64,000 nucleotides of DNA from an uncultured Cytophagia bacterium. GTDB taxonomy: Bacteria > Zhuqueibacterota > Zhuqueibacteria > Oceanimicrobiales > Oceanimicrobiaceae. The stretch is taken from the NCBI GenBank assembly GCA_964539665.1, contig CAZIKB010000003.1:60062-124061 (forward strand). Direction: 5' to 3'. This document shows, piece by piece, positions 57,560 through 64,000 of the stretch. The first letter of the stretch is position 1, and the number at the start of each line of letters is the position of its first letter. Position numbers and translations under genes: made by a program. Under the pieces are notes generated by a model. The model was not told where the DNA came from. It was given only the letters and a program-made list of their open reading frames with translations, and made no database searches.

Positions 57560-58183
57560 ATGAAGACATCTAAAAAAGCATGTACAATTTGGTTCACGGG
57601 TTTACCTTCCTCTGGAAAATCTACTTTGGCGGAGATGCTGGAAAAGGAGTTAAAAAACCGCGGAGAAAGGGTCGAAATTTTAGATGGCGATGTAGTCCGT
57701 ACGAATTTAAGCAAAGGCTTGACCTTTAGTAAGGAAGATCGGGACATCAATATCCGGAGAATAGGATTTGTTTGTCATTTGTTGACAAGAAATGGTGTGT
57801 TCGCAATTTCTGCAGCAATATCTCCTTATAGAAATATACGAGATGAAAACCGTGCACTCATAGGCAACTTTGTCGAGGTTTTTGTTGATTGTCCACTGGA
57901 TGAATGTATTAAAAGAGATGTAAAAGGTCTTTATAAAAAAGCATTGGCCGGCGAAATAAAGGAATTTACCGGCGTTTCTGATCCTTATGAAGAACCTCTC
58001 AAACCTGAAATTGTGATTGACGCCCACGGAGAAGAACCCAAAGATAGCCTTCAAAAAATACTGGCGAGATTAGTAGAATTAGGTTACTTATCCAATAACG
58101 GTCTTGATACATCTGACAAAGCATATTCTGATGAAGAAGAAGAGGTAGTGAGAAAGCGGCTGAGTGATCTGGGCTATATTTAA
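57560..58183 (+). CDS. cysC: adenylyl-sulfate (APS) kinase with a 30-aa C-terminal extension ending in an LGY tail
   Basis: P-loop [42 protein letters not shown]. The core ends ...[12 protein letters not shown], then [37 protein letters not shown]. Confidence 0.9.
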   Translation: MKTSKKACTIWFTGLPSSGKSTLAEMLEKELKNRGERVEILDGDVVRTNLSKGLTFSKEDRDINIRRIGFVCHLLTRNGVFAISAAISPYRNIRDENRALIGNFVEVFVDCPLDECIKRDVKGLYKKALAGEIKEFTGVSDPYEEPLKPEIVIDAHGEEPKDSLQKILARLVELGYLSNNGLDTSDKAYSDEEEEVVRKRLSDLGYI

Positions 58184-59529
58184 TGTTAAATATTTTTAAG
58201 AAAAATAAGGGATCAAAAGTATTTGTTCTGTCTATCGACGGTGTTCCCTTTTCATTTATGCAGGAAAACATAGAAAAGGGTCATTTTCCTAACTTCAAAC
58301 GTTTTTTGAATATGGGTGATTTTAAAAGGATGAATTCAGTGCAACCGGTGATATCATCGGTTGCCTGGTCCTCTTTTATGACAGGCAAGAATCCGGCTAA
58401 GCATAATATTTATGGATTTGTGGATCAAATGCCGGGTTCAAATAATGTATATATTCCTACTTCGCTCAACATGACCAGTAAAACCATTTGGGATATCATG
58501 AGTGAGGCTGGGAAAAAAGTGTTTGTGATGAATGTTCCTGTAACCTATCCACCACGCGCGGTAAATGGAATTATGATTGGCTGTTTCCTTTGCACTCAAA
58601 TTGAGAAAATAGCTTCCCCGCCTGCTATTTCTGCTGAATTAAAAAATATGGGCTATAAGATTGATGCAGACGCCTGGATCGCCCGTGAAAATTTAGACAA
58701 ATTCCTGGAGGAAGTAAATACTACCCTGGAAAAGCGAACCGAGGCTATGTTTCATTTTTTGGCAAAGGAAGATTGGGATTATTTTCACACCCACATCATG
58801 GAAACAGACCGGATAAATCACTTTTTATGGGAGCACATGGAACTCGATGAGCCGAAATATGCTAAAGCTTTTTTCCAATTTTATAAAAGGTTGGATGATA
58901 TTTTAGGTGAAGTTGAACAAAAAATCGGCGAAGACGCGGAATTTATAGTTCTGTCTGATCACGGTTTTTGTACTATTAAGAAAGAAATCTATCTCAATAA
59001 TTATTTGGAAGAAGCCGGTATATTGAAATTTAATAACTCTCAGCCGGAAAGTATCGCGGACATGCATGAAGATTCCACGGCCTACAGCTTGATTCCAGGC
59101 AGGGTATTTGTGAATCTAAATGGGCGCGAGCCGAACGGTTCGATATCGCCGGGGAATTATGAAAAGACCCGGGAAAAACTCACTGAGACGCTTCTTAATT
59201 TAAAGGAAAAAGACACCGGCGAATTTATTATCAAGGAAGTTATCAGGCGCGAAAATATCTACGAAGGTCAAAATATTGGCTCCGCAGCGGACTTAATTGC
59301 TGTTCCACATGATGGTTATGACTTGAAAGGGAACGTGAATAAAGAAGTGTTTGGTGAAAAGGGGGCGCTGGTCGGAATGCATACATTCGAAGATTCACTT
59401 TTATTTGTTCGAAATAAATCTTTGTTAAAACAGAATAATCAATTTTGGATCGGAGATTTGGCTCCAACTATTTTAAATATGATGAATATACCCATCCCAA
59501 ACGATATGGATGGAGTGGCATTAGTTTGA
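58183..59529 (+). CDS. alkaline-phosphatase-superfamily protein (COG3379-like), short cytoplasmic form
   Basis: VFVLSIDGVPF, SSVAWSSFMTG, LSDHGF. TAATG overlap with cysC. No TM segment. Confidence 0.75.
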   Translation: MLNIFKKNKGSKVFVLSIDGVPFSFMQENIEKGHFPNFKRFLNMGDFKRMNSVQPVISSVAWSSFMTGKNPAKHNIYGFVDQMPGSNNVYIPTSLNMTSKTIWDIMSEAGKKVFVMNVPVTYPPRAVNGIMIGCFLCTQIEKIASPPAISAELKNMGYKIDADAWIARENLDKFLEEVNTTLEKRTEAMFHFLAKEDWDYFHTHIMETDRINHFLWEHMELDEPKYAKAFFQFYKRLDDILGEVEQKIGEDAEFIVLSDHGFCTIKKEIYLNNYLEEAGILKFNNSQPESIADMHEDSTAYSLIPGRVFVNLNGREPNGSISPGNYEKTREKLTETLLNLKEKDTGEFIIKEVIRRENIYEGQNIGSAADLIAVPHDGYDLKGNVNKEVFGEKGALVGMHTFEDSLLFVRNKSLLKQNNQFWIGDLAPTILNMMNIPIPNDMDGVALV

Positions 59530-59548
59530 GTAATCTTTGCAGGAAAAA

Positions 59549-60682
59549 ATGACCCAGAAATCACAAATCAATGTTCTTCAGGTTGTAGAGGGACTCAATT
59601 TAGGCGGGGCTGAAATTAAGCTTTTGGAGCTCATCGCCAACATGGATCGCAGCAGATTTAGAACGGTTGTGTGTAGTCTTGGAATGGGTGAAAGAATTAA
59701 AGAAAAAGTAACAGAATTAGATGTTAAATTTGTTAGTCTCGCGAGGAAAAGACGATTTGATCCAATGTTGATATGGAAAGTGGCCAAATTGATTCGTCAG
59801 GAAAATATTGATGTCGTGATGACTACGCTTTTTTATGCTGATGTTGTTGGCGCTTTTGCCCGGCTCTTCAGCCCGACTAAAGCTGTATTCTCCTGGGAAA
59901 CCATATCTGCTCCGGAATGGCTGCTAAAACACAGGCTTTTTGCTTATCGCTTTGCCATGCGATATTGCGATAATATCATTTCAGTTTCACAAGCAACGGC
60001 AAATTGGCTGGTCGAAAAACGCGGTGTCTCAAATGATAAAATAATAGTCATACCGTACGGCGTTAACCTTGATTTGTATCGACAGGGAAAAAATCATGAG
60101 TTGAAACAGAGTTTAGGAATTCATCCTGATACATTTGTAGCTGGGGTAGTGGCGCGACTCCATCCTCAGAAAGGGCACAAATATTTAATTGAGGCGGCTA
60201 AAACAATTGTCCAAAAACATGCAAATATTAAATTTGTATTTGCTGGCGATGGAGAATTAAGAAGTGAATTAGAAAGCCTGGTGCAATCCGCGAATCTTCA
60301 GGATTATTTTCTGTTCTTAGGCTTCAGAAATGATGTGAAAGAACTATTAGGGACGTTTGATGCTTTTGTGCTTCCCTCTTTGTACGAGGGGCTGCCAAAT
60401 GTTATTTTGGAAGCAATGGCAACCGGCCTTCCTGTTGTTGCGACTGCAGTTGATGGCACAGTCGAATTAATTGAAGATGGTGAAACCGGGTTTCTTGTAC
60501 CGCCGAAAGATCCACAGGCTTTAGTGGAAAAAATCTATCAACTAATTCAAGACAAAGACCGAATCTGTAGATTTGGCAAACAAGGGCGTAAACGAGTTGA
60601 GTTAAAATATTCTCTACAGATGCAGGTGAGCAATTTCCAGAATCTATATGAAAAATATGTTTTTAATGGAATTAAAAAATAA
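59549..60682 (+). CDS. GT4 (GT-B) glycosyltransferase
   Basis: VLQVVEGLNLGGAE...PSLYEGLPNVILEAMATGLPVVATAVDGTVELIEDGETGFLV. ATG at 59549 preferred over TTG at 59537. Confidence 0.85.
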   Translation: MTQKSQINVLQVVEGLNLGGAEIKLLELIANMDRSRFRTVVCSLGMGERIKEKVTELDVKFVSLARKRRFDPMLIWKVAKLIRQENIDVVMTTLFYADVVGAFARLFSPTKAVFSWETISAPEWLLKHRLFAYRFAMRYCDNIISVSQATANWLVEKRGVSNDKIIVIPYGVNLDLYRQGKNHELKQSLGIHPDTFVAGVVARLHPQKGHKYLIEAAKTIVQKHANIKFVFAGDGELRSELESLVQSANLQDYFLFLGFRNDVKELLGTFDAFVLPSLYEGLPNVILEAMATGLPVVATAVDGTVELIEDGETGFLVPPKDPQALVEKIYQLIQDKDRICRFGKQGRKRVELKYSLQMQVSNFQNLYEKYVFNGIKK

Positions 60683-60721
60683 ACTGTTACGAATATAAAT
60701 AAAAAATTGATGTATTAAATG

Positions 60722-60747
60722 GGCGCGATATTTATGGCGCCTTTTTT
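60722..60747 (+). terminator. rho-independent terminator-like hairpin after the GT4 gene
   Basis: GGCGC-gatatttatg-GCGCC followed by TTTTTTATTT. The stem is short (5 bp), but the U tract is good and the position is right. Confidence 0.5.
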
Positions 60748-60794
60748 ATTTCATAGAAATTTATCAAATTAATGCTAACCTGAAAGATATCACA

Positions 60795-60919
60795 AGCCAC
60801 GCGATTGTTTTATTTGGAAGAAAGGCTATCGCAATCGAGACGATTGTGTGGCTACAACCGAGCGCTTCCTGAATGCCTGCATGAAACTGACCTTTTTACA
60901 AAAGGTTAGTTTCTTTTTT
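60795..60919 (+). ncRNA. candidate structured RNA (13-bp stem with three G-U pairs + terminator-like hairpin); identity unknown
   Basis: AGCCACGCGAUUG (60795-60807) pairs with CGAUUGUGUGGCU (60841-60853), with wobble pairs only if the + strand is transcribed. ACCTTTT-tac-AAAAGGT (60890-60906) is followed by TAGTTTCTTTTTT. Confidence 0.25.
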
Positions 60920-61112
60920 AACTAAACACACACAAACCTTTTTCAAGAAGGTCTGCGTTTCCTTATAGTAATATGTTTAACAATGAAACAATTGTACAAA
61001 ATAAATACATGGAAAATCAGAAAAATTAATTCATTTGATAAAATCATATTTTAAAATTTAGATAATACTTTATAAATTAAGGAGTTGAAAATAGCACAAA
61101 ATAATGCCACTC

Positions 61113-61127
61113 TGGCATAAATATTGC
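61113..61127 (+). promoter_or_regulatory. candidate sigma-54 (-24/-12) promoter
   Basis: TGGCAT-aaata-TTGC(C) with correct GG/GC spacing, ~150 nt upstream of ATG 61276. Confidence 0.4.
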
Positions 61128-61275
61128 CATTTTTCTTTGGAATAAAAATAAATTCAATATAAGGTAGTTAGTTCCTGTTTTTTAAAAATTGAATTAAGTT
61201 AGTGCTTTAATTTCCGATACTTAACATATCACAAGCATTTAAAAAGTGTTGCTATTTTGGGTTGGATAAGATACT

Positions 61276-62013
61276 ATGAAAAACGGATTTAAGGTAGCGA
61301 TTTTAGTTCCGGCATTGAACGAAGCGGATACTATCGAAAATGTTATAAAAGGGATAAAAAAAAACAATCCTGACTTTGACGTTGTTGTAATTGATGATGG
61401 CTCAACCGATAAAACAGCCGAACTGGCTGAACGTGCAGGAGCTGCCGTTCTTTCGCTTACTGTAAATTTAGGTTATGGTGCAGCCCTTCAAACGGGGTAT
61501 AAATATGCATTATTGAATGGATATGATTACACTGTGCAAATTGATGGGGACGGCCAGCACGACCCTAAATATATTAATAATTTAATCGAAACGGTGCAAA
61601 ATGGCACTGATGTAGCCATTGGCTCGAGATTTCTTGATAACCTTGGTAATTACAATCATCCAACCCTTCGCCAGATTGGAATGATGTTTTTCCGATTTTT
61701 AATTTATCTGTTTATCAATCAAAAAATATCAGATCCAACTTCAGGCTTTCAAGCCTTGAATAAAAATGTTATTTCCTATTTCGCGAAGAGCAAACAGTAT
61801 CCTTCGGATTTTCCGGATGCAGATATCATTATCCTGCTGCATTATGCCGGATTTCGAATTTCTGAGGTTCCGGTTGTCATGTTTAGAAACGAAACTGGCA
61901 AATCTATGCATAGTGGATTCAAGCCAATCTATTATATTATTAAAATGCTATTATCCATTTATGCAGTTCTTTTTGGCAACCAAAAACTTACATATACTAA
62001 AAATGCCACTTAA
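61276..62013 (+). CDS. GT2 family glycosyltransferase (short, soluble, polyprenyl-phosphate-sugar-synthase-like)
   Basis: VAILVPALNEADTI...VVVIDDGSTDKT...TVQIDGDGQHDP. Confidence 0.85.
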   Translation: MKNGFKVAILVPALNEADTIENVIKGIKKNNPDFDVVVIDDGSTDKTAELAERAGAAVLSLTVNLGYGAALQTGYKYALLNGYDYTVQIDGDGQHDPKYINNLIETVQNGTDVAIGSRFLDNLGNYNHPTLRQIGMMFFRFLIYLFINQKISDPTSGFQALNKNVISYFAKSKQYPSDFPDADIIILLHYAGFRISEVPVVMFRNETGKSMHSGFKPIYYIIKMLLSIYAVLFGNQKLTYTKNAT

Positions 62014-62389
62014 AGCACAAATTATAATAATCGTTTTAAGTTTATCTCTTTTTCTTTTTGTTTTAAATTTAATTCGAAAACGACAACTAAATATTGAGCA
62101 TTCTATCCTGTGGTTAGTGGTAAGTGTGACGATTTTAATTGCTTCAATCTGGCATAATTTAGCGGACCAGGTTGCATTATTTTTAGGCATTGAATATCCT
62201 CCAGCTTTATTTTTATCCGTTGCTATTTTCTTTTCTCTCGCAATACTTATGCACTTTTCAATTGAACTTTCAAAATTAAAAGATCAAAACAAAACTTTAA
62301 TACAGGAACTGGCAATTTACAAGAACTTAATTAAAAAACTTGAAAAAAAGATAACGGAAGTTGATGAGAGTCTTAACAGTAACCCATGA
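62003..62389 (+). CDS. DUF2304-family small membrane protein
   Basis: MPLKAQIIIIVLSLSLFLFVLNLIRKRQLNIEHSILWL... then a coiled C-terminus. The GT2 + DUF2304 pairing is common. The track ORF from 61766 is an in-frame read-through of the GT2 3' end. Confidence 0.65.
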   Translation: MPLKAQIIIIVLSLSLFLFVLNLIRKRQLNIEHSILWLVVSVTILIASIWHNLADQVALFLGIEYPPALFLSVAIFFSLAILMHFSIELSKLKDQNKTLIQELAIYKNLIKKLEKKITEVDESLNSNP

Positions 62390-63401
62390 TAAAGAGCAAA
62401 TTTGGGATAATTTTGCATTAAATCATCCTGATGCAACCATGTATCATTTGTTTGGGTGGAAAAATGTCTTTGAATCTGTATTTGGATATAAGCCATTTTA
62501 CCTGATGGCTGTGAACTCAATGGATGAGCCTGAGGGTATCCTCCCCATGTTTAGCATGATGGACATGTTTCGTCGCAAATATTTAATTTCTAATCCTTTT
62601 TCCAATTTTGCAGGCATCTGCGCTAATTGCCGGGAAGCGGAGGAAAGTCTGTTAAATAAAGCAATCGAAATAGCTGCAAATTCAGGGGCACGTTACGTGG
62701 AGCTGAGGCAGTTGAATAAAAAGATATCGTCTGACCTGCCGACTAAAGAATCCTTTGTAACATTAATGCTAAACCTCCCTTCAAACTCAGAATTTGTTTG
62801 GGATTCCATTTCTTCAAGAAATAGAAATAAAATTAGAAAAGCTGAAAAAAATGGTTTGGAAGTGGATTTTGGAATGCAATTTCTGAATCAATTTTATGCC
62901 ATTTACGCAAGAAATATGAAGTTCTTAGGCACGCCTGTTTTTCCCTTGCAAATGTTTGAAGCGGTTGCGAAAATTTTCGCTGATCGGGTAGAACTGCTTG
63001 TTTTAAAAAAGAATAGCGAGCCAGTTTCCGGAATGTTTCTATTTAAGTTCAAAAAAGTTATATCCGAACCCTGGGTGGCTTCTTTAAGAATATTAAATAA
63101 AATTTATGTTAATAATTATTTGTATTGGCAGGCAATTAAATATGCGTGTAACCAGGAGTTTATTGTATTTGATTTTGGGCGTTCAACGGTTGATACTGGG
63201 ACTTATGATTTTAAAAAACAATGGGGCGCTGAACCTGTTCCGCTGCAATATCAATATTATTTAAACAAGGCCAGGGAAATTCCTGTAGTAGATGCCATTA
63301 ATAATAAGTATCAAAAGATAATTGATATTTGGAAGAAATTACCGCTTGGACTTACAAATTTTGTGGGACCCAAAGTGGTACAATATTTGCCTGAACTTTG
63401 A
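62364..63401 (+). CDS. FemAB-family (GNAT-fold) protein, PEP-CTERM/exosortase-EPS-locus-associated type
   Basis: 346 aa. WDNFALNHPDATMYHLFGWKNVFESVFGYKPFYL and the C-terminal FDFGRSTVDTGTYDFKKQWGA pattern match FemAB-like proteins of EPS loci (recollection-based). Confidence 0.6.
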   Translation: MRVLTVTHDKEQIWDNFALNHPDATMYHLFGWKNVFESVFGYKPFYLMAVNSMDEPEGILPMFSMMDMFRRKYLISNPFSNFAGICANCREAEESLLNKAIEIAANSGARYVELRQLNKKISSDLPTKESFVTLMLNLPSNSEFVWDSISSRNRNKIRKAEKNGLEVDFGMQFLNQFYAIYARNMKFLGTPVFPLQMFEAVAKIFADRVELLVLKKNSEPVSGMFLFKFKKVISEPWVASLRILNKIYVNNYLYWQAIKYACNQEFIVFDFGRSTVDTGTYDFKKQWGAEPVPLQYQYYLNKAREIPVVDAINNKYQKIIDIWKKLPLGLTNFVGPKVVQYLPEL

Positions 63402-63418
63402 CAGGGAAAGAATATCAA

Positions 63419-64000
63419 ATGATGAATTTATTAACATTTGACATTGAAGATTGGTACCATCCGAATCTTGTATCTCATGATTCTATGGACATCTCAAAAT
63501 ATGAAGATAGGGTTGTAGAACCTACATTAAGAATAATCAATATGTTAGCTGAAACTAATAATAAGGCTACTTTTTTTGTTTTGGGTGAAGTTGCAATGAA
63601 ATTTCCAGAACTCATTCAGGAAATTGTTAAAAAAGGTCATGAAGTGGGTTCACACGGGTACCGCCATAATTTGATCTATAATTATACAAAATACCAATTT
63701 GAAACAGATATTAATAAGTCAGTTAAACTACTTGAGAATACCATTAATCAAAAAATCCTGGGGTATCGCGCTCCTTCATGGTCATTAAATGAAAAAACAC
63801 CCTGGGTGTGGGAAGTTCTCAACGCATTTGGTTTCGAATATGATTCAAGTATGTATCCCTACAAAACTTTCTTGTTTGGCAACAACAATTCACCAAGGTT
63901 TGAATATGATATCGAACTACAAAATGGCAGTAAGATTAAAGAAATTCCTCCCTCAGCAGCAGAGATAATGAAAAAACGAGTGCCATTTGCCGGCGGATTT
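63419..64000 (+). CDS. polysaccharide deacetylase (NodB homology; PEP-CTERM-locus type), 3' end outside the window
   Basis: MMNLLTFDIEDWYHP...ATFFVLGEVAMKFPELIQEIVKKGHEVGSHGYRH...GYRAPSW. The frame is open to the window end, so the ORF is absent from the track. Confidence 0.8.
   Translation, partial: MMNLLTFDIEDWYHPNLVSHDSMDISKYEDRVVEPTLRIINMLAETNNKATFFVLGEVAMKFPELIQEIVKKGHEVGSHGYRHNLIYNYTKYQFETDINKSVKLLENTINQKILGYRAPSWSLNEKTPWVWEVLNAFGFEYDSSMYPYKTFLFGNNNSPRFEYDIELQNGSKIKEIPPSAAEIMKKRVPFAGGF

Noticed and set aside
60787-61236. 11-mer ATATCACAAGC occurs twice (60787-60797 and 61226-61236), flanking the last large gap. It could be read as target-site duplication or element ends.
   Set aside because: A single 11-nt match with no adjacent inverted repeats and no mobile-element gene between the copies. 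Chance repeats of this length are plausible, so it is not enough to call a mobile element.
61766-62002. N-terminal 79 codons of the 207-aa track ORF 61766..62389.
   Set aside because: This part is merely an alternative frame of the GT2 gene's 3' end with no stop codon. The DUF2304-like protein sequence begins at ATG 62003 (MPLKAQIIII...).

Overview
This 64-kb window is one uninterrupted, co-directional (+ strand) run of about 50 tightly packed genes from a low-GC bacterium. It is a very large exopolysaccharide (EPS) assembly and decoration locus. I recognise no rRNA, tRNA, CRISPR array, transposase, integrase or phage gene. All family calls come from motifs read by eye in the supplied translations, not from searches. 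Left part (1-16.8 kb): AsnB-type amidotransferases, a methyltransferase, a GlpD-like flavoenzyme, SDR epimerase/dehydratases, a hexapeptide acyltransferase, three tandem GtrB/ArnC-like GT2 enzymes, further glycosyltransferases and an SDR::Gfo/Idh/MocA fusion. Middle (17.2-47.7 kb): two Wzx-type flippases, a Wzy/O-antigen-ligase-like protein, two ArnT/PMT-like GT-C enzymes and GT1/GT4 enzymes. It also holds carAB start/stop-overlapped with a carbamoyltransferase-SxtJ-DUF5989 cassette, a second carbamoyltransferase, two putative polysaccharide hydrolases, and three sulfatase-fold paralogs carrying Thr where the formylglycine Cys/Ser should be. Right part (48.3-60.7 kb): a sulfate-activation module (ATP sulfurylase, APS kinase, DUF2061) interleaved with four COG3379-like alkaline-phosphatase-superfamily paralogs, one of them fused to the ATP sulfurylase. 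It also contains a 63-aa RHH-like protein, an unknown membrane protein and a methyltransferase. The last 3 kb carries GT2-DUF2304, FemAB-like and NodB-type deacetylase genes typical of PEP-CTERM/exosortase EPS loci. Main leads: (1) an acidic-(K/R)-L-x-x-L-G-Y-[LIV] tail at the extreme C-terminus of six proteins of four unrelated folds, all in the sulfation part of the locus; (2) sulfate activation without any recognisable canonical sulfotransferase but with seven AlkP-superfamily enzymes, which suggests an undescribed sulfuryl-transfer or decoration system; (3) sigma-54-type -24/-12 elements in three of the four sizeable non-coding gaps, one lying downstream of an array of TGTCATT/AATGAC repeats; (4) several catalytically odd paralogs (AsnB without Cys1, GT2 without DXD, a frameshifted sulfatase-fold gene) and candidate structured RNAs.
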